DNA from: Botryllus schlosseri | Lineage: Eukaryota | Assembly: GCA_051294905.1 (NCBI GenBank) | Contig: CM119378.1 | Coordinates: 3,660,001-3,724,000, forward strand | DNA: 64,000 nucleotides | Direction of reading: 5' to 3' | In this document: positions 11,562-24,600 of the stretch, piece after piece | Numbering within the stretch: the stretch's first letter is position 1 | How the letters are laid out: every line of letters starts with the position of its first letter | The notes under the pieces: model-generated | Database searches by the model: none | The model's input: the letters and a program-made list of their open reading frames with translations, nothing else | Told to the model about the DNA's origin: nothing | Position numbers and translations under genes: made by a program

Positions 11562-12183
11562 GAGTTCTGTTGACAGAAAACTCAGGAATTTCAATCCGAA
11601 CAAATCACAAAACACGAACACACGGTCTGAGGAAAATGTATATATACATTTACCGTGGCTGGGCCCCATCTCTTCCCGGTTTGAAAAGCAATTGATTTCT
11701 GCTGTAAATCGCTGTTACGATAATGTAAAAACTAATGTTGTGTTTACCACCAAACAAATGCTTCCTGCAACGCGCAAAGATGTTCTTCCTGCTTCTCAAC
11801 AAAGCAATATAGTCTATGATTTCAAGTGCCACTGTGATTGTCGGTACGTGGGAAGAACAACTCAGCGCTTGCAGGAACGCATCAAACAACATGTTCCTAG
11901 CGTTATTAGATCACGCACATTGGACTCTCGCGAAGACGCAGCTTTAACTGATCTGCGATTACTAGAACGTAATCAGGCCATGGCTATGAACTCTGCCATC
12001 GGCAAGCATTTGGCTGAGAATGCAACTTGCGCTAAAAACTACCGCGATGAAAGATTTTCTATATTAGGCAGAGGCCGCACTAATTTCCATCTGTCTGCAC
12101 TGGAATCGACTTATATTAAAATCCACCGACCGCGCTTGTGTCAGCAGAAGGAATTTTTAGTGAATCTAAAAATTGGCCACTAG
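11562..12183 (+). CDS. PLE C-terminal GIY-YIG endonuclease region (open frame, lacks RT)
   Basis: LPWLG...NIVYDFKCHCDCRYVGRTTQRLQERIKQH...SAIGKHL...LESTYIKIHRPRLC. Confidence 0.9.
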
Positions 12184-12285
12184 CTGCGCTCGCGGTTTGC
12201 CTGTATTTCATGTTGTTTGTTTCTATGACGTCATAATTGGTTGTTTGCAATGTAGCTAGATGCATGTTTTTGAAATCCTCCATAT

Positions 12286-12330
12286 GCTGACGATTGCCCT
12301 TGAAAAGTGTCAGCTCGAAAAGCTTCGGGT
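12286..12330 (+). ncRNA. Minimal hammerhead ribozyme motif, U3-A8 core variant
   Basis: GCCC-TTGAAAA-G(TGTCAGCT)C-GAAA-AGCT-TC-GGGT; mirror copy on minus strand at 11404-11448. Confidence 0.7.
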
Positions 12331-12602
12331 TTTAATATATTTTATTATGAATATATTATTAAAATGTATATTAAAGTTCTGTACCCCAAAGAGTCTCTTT
12401 AAAAGGAGTTCGTATACCAGTAGTACATTGGGCTTAAGCGCTATCTTCGCCCCGATTATTCGAAATTTCATGCAGGTGACGTCATATTTTGTGATACTAT
12501 TGTTGACATACAACAGGGGCAGGCAGCATACGGCCTGTAGTGTTACTGAATGAATCCTAGTTTGCCAACCTGAAAAAGATGGTCATGAAACTATAGTATA
12601 TT

Positions 12603-13539
12603 TAGGGATGGTGTGAACCTCTGCAAGGTTCAGGTTCGTGTGAACGCGAACCTTTTTGAAAGGTTCTGTGTGAACGCGAACGTGAATCTCATGACGTCAC
12701 GTGACGTAATATTGTTAATTCCAACCCTACATTCCAGTGAATTGAAAGCCTATATTACTGTACAGTAGTACAAGATACCTAGCGACGACTCGGGCACCCT
12801 AATGCCACAATGCTGAAGTACATATTGGCGTTTTAAACGTCGCAAAATGTATCAACTGGGGCAATCAAATCACATAATAATCCCATAAAATCAATATCTT
12901 CCGTTGCTTCGCCAACCATTTCGATGACGACTTGCAAGGGTGTCTATACTTGCTACCGATATTAACCCATTAGTAATAAGTTATACAGCAACAAGCAACA
13001 AGCCAACACCCCAATCGCACGAATTTGGTTTTTATGATACAATAAACATATGAAATCAAGATTGACACCGTACGCCTGCTTGATTTTTTTTACATCAGAC
13101 AACGATATCAATCAATTCCATTGATTGGTTGAATAAGCATCATTAGCTGACTACTTATATGTAGTGTATTTCGCTCTTGATGTTGTATGATAATCATTTG
13201 CTGGTCAAGCTCACAACTAAGGGTCATTAATATTCTCAAACGGAAAGGTGGTTATTTCGAGCAAGCTTTTGTAACAAATCAAGTAAATCTTTGAGATTGT
13301 CAAGGTGCATGCTCGTTTAATGTTGATTTTTTTATGCTGCCAGCGCTATGCATAGAGTGGCCCGCAGTTGAAATGCAACAAATTTCCACCAAAGGTGTTA
13401 TAAGGAAGTGAAAATTGTAATAAATGAAAAAGGTTCACAGTGCAGAACCTACCAAGGTTCGTTTGTGAACGTGAACCTCTAAATTACTGAGGTTCACACA
13501 CAGAACGCGAACGTGAACCTCACGTTCACACCATCCCTA
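12603..13539. mobile_element. hAT (Ac-like) MITE
   Basis: TIRs TAGGGATGGTGTGAAC / GTTCACACCATCCCTA; subterminal GTGAAC repeats. Confidence 0.8.
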
Positions 13540-14439
13540 TATATATATACTAGCCTATATATATTTTACACGGAAAATATAGCGATTACGACGAATGCCA
13601 TGTTGTGAACTATGATTTCATGTCATTTTTACGTCAGAACCTCAATTGTGACGTAACACGTAATAGACATCGTTGTATGGCTCTTTAGGAATGGCAACAG
13701 AAAATATAGAACCAATATAGCTCTTTTGACTAAAGAGGTTCCCGACCCCTGCTCTATATACAGCATCAGTGGTTCGTAACCTTGTCTCTAGCGTCCCCCT
13801 GCGGGCGATAGGGATGGTGAAGATGAAGCAGCAACAGACTTCTTCACGGGACTGATGCAATCGTCCGGCGGGCCGTATGTTCATTGTTCAACACCCCTGC
13901 TTTAATTGCTGTTAGGCCAGTGAAGTTTTGTAGTTGTGTGTATATAATAATATATCTTTCATTTATCACAGGATCTTTGCTGAGATACCAGACGACGGCT
14001 CGAAGTCTAACAGGAAGCAGAAAATGATGTGCATATCAAGGCCAAGCAAGATGACCAAGTGGATGAATATCTTATTATTAGAGCGATTTTTTTTACATGT
14101 CAGAAAAAGTCAAAATTTTGTCAAAATTGTAGCGTGAGGTCGAAATATTGTCCAAATTGTTTACAAAGTCAAATTCTTTTTGCAACCTGCATTTCGCTTG
14201 TATCGTAGATGTTAGCACTGTCGGTGAACTTATCATTTGACATTTTACAGCTTGTAACCTACTTTATAGGCCTACCATTGTAGACGGCCCATTGTCTGCT
14301 CATTGCGAATCATAAACGGTCAAATGAAACAAACACCATGTGCTATGCTCAACGTATCGCGATATCCTAACTGTAGCAAGACTTCGTGGACATTGGTTCT
14401 TATATCAAGAAGCGCATGATGAAAAATTGTTATAGAGAC

Positions 14440-14628
14440 AACATTGTCAGAATGAAGCAACACGGGGTGCCACCAGCAGTGTACGCTCAACATCAGTGTT
14501 GCCAGCCAACAACTGCTGCTGTTGAACGTTCTTTCTCCGTTCTTGGCAAGCTAGATTAGTAAAGACATACACTTTCTACCCGACAATCCAGAAAAGTATC
14601 TTTGGCTGTACTACAACAAATTTTAATT
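14440..14628 (+). pseudogene. hAT transposase C-terminal fragment
   Basis: CCQPTTAAVERSFSVLGKL...KYLWLYYN. Confidence 0.65.
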
Positions 14629-17602
14629 ATTTCTACCATAATGCTTGATGTAACTACTCGAATTCTTCATACGTTCAGATTTCGTTAAATTAAAGTTTTT
14701 TCATGTAAAAATTTGTCAGATTTTTGGTCAAAATTTTTTTTCAGGCCACACTCTACTTCGTTAGGACAGACAGTTCCAACCAAAAATGAAGATAAGTAGT
14801 ACAATTCTAACATTATGTGCGAAAACATCTAATTTGCATACATGAGGACAAAATTTTGATAAAATTAAGTTTTGCAAGGTCAAAATCTTCCGTTTTAGGC
14901 AAAAATAATCGCCCTACTTATTATGATAACGTTAAATATATCACTGGTAGTCCTGACAAGGTAAAGATGATGAAAGGAACGATATACGAACCAAACAACA
15001 ACAACTAACAAATCAGACGACCGCCACCGCGTCGCTCAAGATATCGAGACATGTGCACTGCGAAGTACTAGAAGTGGCGAAGGATGAGCCATAAAGAAAC
15101 AAACCATCGCGAAAAATACTATATATTCATTGAATAAGTGTATAAATACGCGATTAATGTATCGATTCAGAAATCCGGCCCACCAAACACATAATTTTAC
15201 CATATCCGGCCCGCCGTCTGGAGATGTTGCCTGCTCCTGTTAGACGATGTTCTTTCCAATTCTCTACTAGTTGCTGACGATTACTCCTGACGATTGTCAG
15301 CCGAAAATATTCCGGTTTATTTCAATATGATATACTATATTCAATCGCTTATTTTCCATAACGTATTCAGGTAGTTATGATTTTTTAGAATTTGACTTGT
15401 TCCTTTTTACTAATTGCTACTTGTACTTGTACATTACTCCTGCTTGAGTACGAACGACGACCAATATGACAACCTCTGGTCGTCGATAATTAAAAAAAAG
15501 TTACACACCGTCGGCAACGCATTGAAGTTTGCCATTAAAGATTCTTTGACATTGTGGGCAATACAGAAACAAGCCGAGTTCGAGTCGATACAGAACATCG
15601 AAGTAAACAAATACAAAGTCACTTTCATGCACTAGAAATTTAGAATCCTAATTCGGACACCGGCAGACCCGAACTACCGCTTCATTCGGCCAAAATGCTC
15701 AGAAGCGGAACAAAAGTAAAAACTGCTCGTAAAAAGACTCCGGTTGATTCGCACAATTATCCGCTTAATTCGGACAAATGCTCGCAAGTCCTATCGTTAG
15801 GTTCTGGCACAATAAACATCACTTCGTTCGTTTTAACACAAGATGAGTGATTATAGTGAAACAATGACGATCCATACTGCAACACTTGACAATGAACTCA
15901 TACAAGGCTTCATAAGTAGCTTTAAATTATTGGGTACACGTGCATCTTGTAGAACAGATTATACAGGAAAGTGAAATTGCTCATGCTCACTAAAGAAAAC
16001 GAAGAAAAAAGTAAAGACGCTTCCTTGACACTTCGGCAGTTAGTTGGGGATAGCAAAAAGTACTATATGTGAGCCCTATATGCGTGTGTTACGCAGCAGT
16101 AATACAGTATGCCGTCTTTGTTGAATGGTTTGGTATCGAAAATACTGCATAATACAACTTACTTGAAGGTATAACTAATATGCGTTTATACGATTTGTGC
16201 CAATTACTGCAGTATTGTGCGGCTGCACTTAATTTATTACGCAACAGTACCGTATGAATCTTTACTTCCGCACGAAGAGAACAATTGATTTTCCGTTCAA
16301 CTCGGACAAAGCCGTTTCTCTAAAAGGGAGAGGAAGCAAACTGTCGGAGAGGAGTCGACAGTACTATTCAATTGTATATTGAAGTTGTGCGACGTCTGCA
16401 TCTTCTATCCGTTCGCTTCCTCGTATTCGTCCTTCACCGGGTCTTTTTTCCCCACGTTAAATACGTCTACGAATAACGCGGTATTGTGCCGCTCCCAAAA
16501 CTAAGATATTCCGAATCACAGGGTACTTTCCAGCCATTTATGATATGGCGAGAGATAATTTATTATCGTAACCTTTGTCATAAAATGCGTGACAGCACAA
16601 ACATCAGCCCATCCTGATGGTTGACAGCATGGTAACTTCAACATTTCCTTTTACGGAAACTTACAGTATGTCAGATATGAGAGGAATTAATATTTTCGAA
16701 TCCAAATCTAGAGCTGGGCAATTATTCGAGTAATGAAATTATACACGCCTTGCTATTAAAAGTTAATTTATCAGTGAAAATTATAGTCTCGATAGTATTT
16801 TCAACTGCGGGAGCCTAGAAACCTCAATTGGTCGTAACGCCGTATAGGACGCATGTACGGACTATAGCGGAAATTACGTATCTGTGATGTCGTGATCAAC
16901 CCTTAGCATTTTCAAAAAGTACTGCATTGTCAAAAAGTAAGCTGTGAAAGCTGTAAAGGCGGACGAATTGCCAAAAAGGAGGACATTTAGCCGTCCTTGG
17001 AGGACATTTTCAATTTCCTGAAAAAGGAGGACACGTGGTAACCCTAGTCTAATGTGATGTAGAGCTGACCTTATATTCCTTGTTGTCACAATGCCGAGAC
17101 CTATCCCATTCCTGTTCCAAATCCAAATCCAGGATTATTATTGCCTCATATCCAAAAGTTCGAATCCTGTAATTGCTGAAATTTGTTCAAAAGTCGCCAG
17201 AAAACTCAATTCTCGAAGTCCCAATCCAAGCGTCCAAATCCAGCAATCATAAACCGTCGCATAATCGATTCAATCCGAGCAAAATCATGAAATCCGTGCA
17301 CATCATAACTGGTTGTTAAAACATGTTTTAAACAAAGTGTTTTAAACAACCATTTGCTTTAAATGCAATATCGGCTCATACCGGTACTGGTGAAGTTCCT
17401 GTTCGGGGTAGTGCGCAAACTTAAGAAGAGATTTTAGGGTCCCCACTGATGGAGCGACAGTCTACCAGTTTGATGGCGGTGTGATCAAATAGTTCGCCTC
17501 TAAGACGGGTGGTTTTTAACCGGGGTTTACACGAACGCCAGGGGTTCGCTGGAGATCAAGACACACACGCGACACATACAGTCATACGGATATGAACTAA
17601 AT

Positions 17603-18134
17603 TAGGGTTACCATAGTTTGGGATCCGAAACGAGGACCCTTTTTACAAATTACAAAAATCAGATTGCCGGACCAGAAAACTGCCGATTCTAAAATTTTGA
17701 CGGGACATCGTGTTGTGTTCTCTAAAAAGAAAGTCATTTTTCCAGTCCTACTCCTCGACAATTTATCCTCTTTTTCCAATAGAACTAAAATGTCCTCCGA
17801 GGACGCCTAAATTTCCTCGTTTTCGCAATCCGTCCTCTCTTTTTGTTTTGAGTGTTAAGCGACCATGCAGAGACGACTTAAGGCCAATTCTTTACAAAGT
17901 ATACGCGAAATAATACTGCCGTGGAGTTCGACTAAAAATAAAAAAATTAGAAAAGGGTCAATCGAACAGAAACTGCCGTGGATTTAAGTTACCGGCCGAC
18001 GCGGAAAGGTTGACTTTTTTAGTCAACCTACTGTGCGATCACCATTATCTGTATAAATTCCACGTATTTATTTCTTTTATTGTAACTTGAAAAAAAGTCT
18101 CCTCATTTTCGGATCTTAAAATATAGCAACCCTA
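17603..18134. mobile_element. hAT (Blackjack-like) MITE remnant
   Basis: TAGGGTTACCATA / ATAGCAACCCTA ends; no clear TSD. Confidence 0.5.
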
Positions 18135-18459
18135 GTGTTTGCGTTACTTCTGTATCATTATTTTCGCTGCTTGCTTGTTATGTATTTTGATTGGATGAAA
18201 ATACTAGTATCTTTCTGCCTCTCTCATGTTGGATAATAATATTAGTAATTTGCTTACGGGACTCAACAAACCTACATGGCCGCATAAGATACGACTACGG
18301 TTTGGGCTTCTGAAACCACTGTAATCAACCCCACAGAGCTATATGTTAAGCAATAAACGGAATCATTGCGATAATTTATATATTTCAAAATATAATATAT
18401 GCAAGCAGAGAGGTAATAATGTTCCACGGAAATTGCAATTATCATGTACTATAGGCCTA

Positions 18460-18642
18460 CTAGGTATGCGACATCGGATCGGGACAGGACACTGCATTCG
18501 CGCTAGAAATATCTCCATTTAACCGCTTGCTGTTGTTCGACAAAATGGCATACGAAAATTCTCGCAGTCGGGAATTTCCGGCAATTAAAACAGCGGCAAA
18601 AGAGAATGCGTTAAGAACGGATAAGCCCAGCAATAAAAACAT
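18460..18642 (-). CDS. MFSD4-like exon 11 (terminal)
   Basis: MFLLLGLSVLNAFSFAAVLIAG...MSHT*; 62-nt upstream intron. Confidence 0.85.
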   Translation of the reverse strand: MFLLLGLSVLNAFSFAAVLIAGNSRLREFSYAILSNNSKRLNGDISSANAVSCPDPMSHT

Positions 18643-21600
18643 CTGAAAGGAAATATAAACATAATTTTACTTCTCTTTTCGCGGGTTCACGCACGAGCCC
18701 TTACCACGCTGAAAGGGCCCACGTTGTCAAATAGATATCCAGCTAACAAGAGCATAGATAAGGAACCGCAGGCGTTGCCGATGTTGCACACGAACATGTA
18801 GATCCCGGAGATATTCGTCATTTGCGAAACCAGTGACACACCTGCATTATGAATAATGTTATTTCACTGTACGAAAATGTTCTACAGGCATGTGACGCCA
18901 TAAAGAAGATCGGTTTTCAGATTTGGAAATGAATAAACGCTGTCAGCACTGTATAGAAATCCGTTTGCTTGTTCAATGCTCAGTCCCGTGTACATCATTT
19001 TAGTTAGAAGACGGTCTACTACACGATATTATTATTATCAATCCAAGGCATTCCAATGACGCTTATAGCTTTGTTAGGCCTATACAGTTCCAGTGTCATT
19101 GTCGTTTCTGTATCTTTCAGTATCGCTGACAGTTGCATCTTTCGTCAAGCGCTTTGCAATCGTTTTATTTCATTTCACTCTTCACTTCGCTCCTCGAATT
19201 TTTGCAGCGCGGGTTACTGTGTTTACGGCCTTTTTCAAGACACTGTTAGTACAGCGGGATCAGCGACGAGGAGCGCAGATAAACCTCCGACACATAGAAA
19301 CTATCCCGAACAAGGGTTGGAACCAACCATCACTGGAGTCGCAGCGCAGTCGATTTACACAGTGCGCCACTCGCCTCCCTAGTCCCTACTGCACGATATG
19401 AATGCCAAGCAAGTCAGACTTGAGGCTATAAAAACTTCGATCATTTACTATCGATGTGAATATTTCTACATAGGACACAGTGGCGTGGGGTGAGGTTCAT
19501 GGATGGTGAGAAACTGACCCTTTCGATTTAGATCTACAAATATATAAACCTAAACCGGTAGCTTGTTCAGTCGGCGACTTGTTTCTTATCACATTGCCAT
19601 TCTTTGTAGTATTCATCACGTTTGTCGACTACTATGGTCAATGAGGTCATTTACACTAGGCCAATTTTCCTCATTTTTATTCCGTAGTATAGATGCCGAC
19701 ATGTATCACGGCCCACTTCTAGGCTTTTGTAAGACACCATACATACACGGATCAGGTGGCGAGATGGAGCCTAGATTAATCTCCAACACTACCACTCTTC
19801 AGTCTTCACACATATAGGCTACGTGAGAGGGTATACCTATCCACAATTGAAGGTATAAGTGCGGATGGATAAAGCATTACAGCTACATCAGTAAGTGAAT
19901 GAATTTGCTCTGCAGTACATATTGGCCATCGCACGCAACTACAGTTCTACACGATTTGGGGTGTAGGATACCGCATAGGTGGCCTACCACTGCGCTGCGA
20001 TTGTTAGTGAGCGAGGCAAATCCATCTATGGCTCACCTGGTCATTGTTTCTATACGCTGTCATTACACGTGCTATAACAAAGCCAAAATTCACATTCCTT
20101 GCAAATTTTGAAGGGGTTCTAGTTCTCTGGCGTTAATGTAATCAGTGTAACAATGGTATTCAACTAATACCAGTCATTATGATGAATTCTGAGCTGTTTG
20201 TTATGAATTGCGGCAGGGTTGGCCCGGGGCCTACGATATTCCCGGTAGGCCCGTCTGTGCCTCACCTGTGCTACACCACTCGTTTCGCGCTATATTTAAC
20301 ATCGAGTCAATCATGAATATCCATAGAAAATACCCTGAATTGTTGGTGTTATAAACATTGAAGGTGTCACAATTCTCTTTTACTCATCATGACAACAGGT
20401 GAGGCCGTGGGGCACTACCTCACTTGCTTCCCGTGACAGCACGTCACTTATAGGACTTTTATATACGGATGCTGGATTGTGTTTTGTATCAGCCGACAGG
20501 TATTGTTGAACTTTATTGGATCATGCAGCTCTTGTAAAGCCGCACCTAATATAGCACGCTATTCCGTATCTATTGGGATACATTCCAATATTTCATAATA
20601 TTTTTTCTAAGTGGCGAAATCTGATAGCGATAACCACAAATATAATTTTATATTGCATTGAAAATTACCACGCAGTACCTGTACACTTCTTATCTGTATT
20701 GTGGTGCACTGCAGGGCACATTGTTACCACAATAGACTCACTTCACCCGCATGCGCTGGTAAACCACGAGCGACACAATAGAGTTTTGGACGCCTCATTG
20801 AAAAATATTTTCCCTTTCTGAGCCAAATATATAATCATTCTAAGTCGGCATTCTTATAGTAAATGCATTTAATGTAGAAATGCTGAACGGGTATTTTTCC
20901 AAGCATTTTGCACCGCAGGAATGATAATGTTACGATGTGCAGTACTCCGTTAATCAACAGGTTTCTCAATACTCCTTCGTTAAGTGGCATAAAAGCTAAA
21001 TGACTAACAAAAATCAACCGACTCACATCTGGCATTTATTGCTGTTTATTGACCAACAGTCAAGCAGTGCTAAATTCCAGTTGCTTGCGACCACATTTCA
21101 ATTGCGGAATAGATTTCAACTCCCCTCCAATTTGGGAGGGTATGACTGACAACTATCTCATATGACGGAATTTGAGAACTCACCAGAAGGATATAACATC
21201 GACGTTGTAAAACCGTGAGACGCGGTAACGATCCAAGACATCCAATATATATGCCGACCAAACACAACCATGAAAGTCTGGAAATTTTTTTACACACTGA
21301 GAATTGTTGAGTCGATACTTAAAATCCTATTGGTATATATTCCTTATTCACTGTAAAACTGGCAATACGCACATAATCCGGGGAACAACCTATCGCCAAA
21401 GGAATTGGTCGAGATTGAAGTAAGCTTTTAAAAATTAGATAATAGAGTCAAAATGTTATTCCTATGAAATACATGAAGACACCAGATTACAGAATTGCGG
21501 TAGATGAAGAATTGGTAAGGGTTGCAGAAATAGAAATGATTGGAAATGAAGAATAGAAATTACAGATATTATGCTTTGACTTTCAGTGCAAGTGTCATTT

Positions 21601-24600
21601 ATTACGGTGGTGCATTCAAGTTCATGGTCCTCCACTGTGCCAAATAAAGCAATCTTCTGGATCATGACGAATCGAACGTTCCCTGGAATCTTTTGGATAT
21701 GTCTGGCGGGTTTTTGTTTTCGACCCCTGTAGCGCTAATCACTACCGGTACAATGTTTATTTTGCATCGCCACATTTGTTCACGTTCCATTTTGAGATCT
21801 GCGAATTTTGATTGTTTTTCTGATTCCTTTTGTTGTATTTTTAAACAGCTGGCACGGCAAGTGCAATGAACAAGCATTATCTTTTCTTTTTAGTTTTATT
21901 ATCACATAGGAATGGTTTGCTCCTCGTCCCGGTCAGTTATTACTGGTACATCCTACAGAATTTTTGCATTTATTATATATGGTGATCGAACGCCACCACG
22001 AAAGTCTGGAACAGTTTTACACGCTTCGGTTCTCGATTGTACCCCATGAAGCCCAGTTCAGCAGGCCGTGGTTAAGTGTGAGAAGTGTGTGATGCACCAC
22101 TAATGACGCCATTGTTGTAGTTAAATTGCTCTTGAAACCAGGGATATCCTTACCGAAATGACTGACGGCACAAGTTCATACGGTCACATATATACTAAAT
22201 TTATCTCAATAAGTCATCACCATGTCAATGATACTGCCAAGAATACTCCACGCTATGATCGTCCGTGGTTGTAGTTTCCGCGATGCTAAGACGCCGATGC
22301 CGCGTCCTAGTCCAAACCCCAGCCAGAACACTGACGTCAATCTTGAAGCTTCTAACACCTACAAAACGCGGTGGTAGTGAGGTATCGTTTGAAAATGACG
22401 TACTGGATGCACCAAAACCCTATCCAACATCTTATTTACGAGTGGTCAATCAATCAGAACTGTTTCATGACCGGCTCTATAGAACTAAAGTTTTAGTTCA
22501 AGACATGTTGGTGCATATCAACAAAAGCTGTATAGGCTACTCACCGTAAAATTCAAGTCGGAACATATCGCAATCGAGTATATATAGTTGTAAAAGACGT
22601 TCTCAGTGGTGGTGGAACAAAAATAATAACCGGTGACGAATACAAACAACAACCAAACGTTCTTTATCGGTTCTTCCGTTCTGTTTTCGCAAACAAATCC
22701 GTTTTCATTAGATTTGGCTGCTATTTTTTCTGCAAGATCCCAACAGAAACACATGAAGGCGTATTTGACAGTCACTAAAGTCATTCATACCTTCAATTTT
22801 AATGAACGAAAGGCCTTGAAGAAGAAAAGACGCGAATAGCATCACGCAGGCCACGATAATATACGCCCATCCCACCGGATCGAACCGCACCTAGCAAGTA
22901 CACACATAAACACAGTTGATATTGCTTGAAGTCCGCACGCTCGAAGTCCGTTGCTACCAGAGATGAGCATGGATTAGGATTAGGTTTTGAAAAAACAGGA
23001 TTTGTGAAATTTTCTCGGATTTGGATTGGATTTGGATTAGACATTTTTTCAGAACGGATTAGGATTTGGATTGGATTGACCTATTTTCTGGGAGATTGAA
23101 ATGTCGTGTGGCGAATGGCGACAAACTTTATTCAGATCAGTTATTAATGTATCTAAGGTCACTAAGTTATCTTGAATCAAGTGAATCGTTGATTGTGAAA
23201 TAAAATTTTCGAATCCCTCCATTGCATGAATTGGTATTTTTTTTTGAATTTCCAGTTGGAATCGGATTAGGATTGGACATGGACTTGAATATGTAAAAGT
23301 TATGGATTAGGATTTGGATTTGGATTTAAAGGTTCGGATTTGGATTGGATTAGGACATAGAAATTTCAAATCCGCTCATCTCTGGTTGCTACTCAAGCAG
23401 GAGTGCAAGTGACGCCGTAAATTTCCACTACAATACAAGTAAAAGTAGCCATATCCAAGACGCGTGAAAGTACTTCAAGTGGAAGTACAAAATGAAAGCT
23501 ATGAAAAGTACTCAAGTAATGTATACTGTATAGTTTCGAAGAGTAAATTTGGTTGCGGGCCACACACTTTCGGAAGTTGATCGGTGGTGGTGGCACAAGT
23601 TGCGACTAAGGAATATCAATAATGACGCTGCAAACAGGTAAAATATTGGAAAATGTGCAAAGAAGTTATTGTGATGGGTATTTAACGCTGTTCTTATGAC
23701 GTTTTCAAAAGTATAATAGTGATTATAAAAAAAAATATAAATGCAACTTTTTACTGCAACTTTTATTAAAATTAGGTGCAACTTTTTCGGGATATTAGTG
23801 CAACAAAAACTTGCTCTAATAATAAAAGTGATGCAAACGTAGCCCTTACACTGACTAGATCAAAATCTCAAGGGTAATAGGTAAGTATAGTTTTGCCGAA
23901 AAAAACTATTTTAAGTAGAAGTGAAAGTATTCTAAACTCGAAACACATAGAGTCTCTTGAGTAAGCAGTGCAAATAGGCAAAAATGAGTAGGCCTGTACT
24001 TCGTTACTGGCCACATCTGTCTATCCATGTAGTAGTATTGTGAATTATGCGAGACATGATCACCTGGGTCATGTTATATCAAAATTAAATAGTCAGTACT
24101 GTATATTTCTTCACCATAATATTAAGAATGATTCGGTATTCCCTCTGTTTTTCCCACATAAAAGTAAATAATGTGAGTGTATGAACGATTGAACGTGAGT
24201 AGCCTATACATGCCTATGGTATATATGGCACCAGTGACGTGCGGTGAGGTTCATGGCTGGTGAGGCACACCCCCTCCCCCATCCACACACAAGCACGCAC
24301 GCACGCACGTAACAATAGCTGCGGTTATAGAGAGAATTTTCTTTGCACACTGATAGCCGTTGCAATTCCATATTCTGCAATACATGTAGGACTGGTCGCT
24401 ATTGTGCTAAATGGACAAGTTTAGACGGATAGTAATTACTATCTCTTCAAGTACCGGTATCATTACTCGAAGCACACGAAAATAGCCTCCTGTTAGTGTG
24501 ACGATAGCAATTGATTGATACCAGTTAATATGAATTCCCAGCTATTTATGATGAATTGCATTGTTGCAGGTGAGGCACGACCCGCCCGTGCCTCACCTGT

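Larger units (their letters stand above)
11373..12399 (+). mobile_element. 5'-truncated Penelope-like retroelement, family A
   Basis: ~190-bp inverted pLTR 11373-11561 vs 12173-12361, GIY-YIG ORF, ~38-nt tail, 12-bp TSD TAAAAGGAGTTC (11361-11372, 12400-12411). Confidence 0.93.
12514..15239. mobile_element. hAT-type non-autonomous element with nested insertions
   Basis: TIRs CAGGGGCAGGCAGCAT / ATGTTGCCTGCTCCTG splitting the family-B pLTR; TSD decayed. Confidence 0.65.
11341..16390 (+). mobile_element. Older family-B Penelope copy fragmented by nested insertions
   Basis: Pieces 11349-11372+12412-12513, 15240-15345 and 16362-16388 join into the same pLTR seen at 2951-3110; decayed hammerhead at 15273-15316. 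Confidence 0.7.

Noticed and set aside
15273..15316. Third active hammerhead
   Set aside because: Stem I (ACTC/CGGT) and the stem II closing pair are broken; treated as decayed
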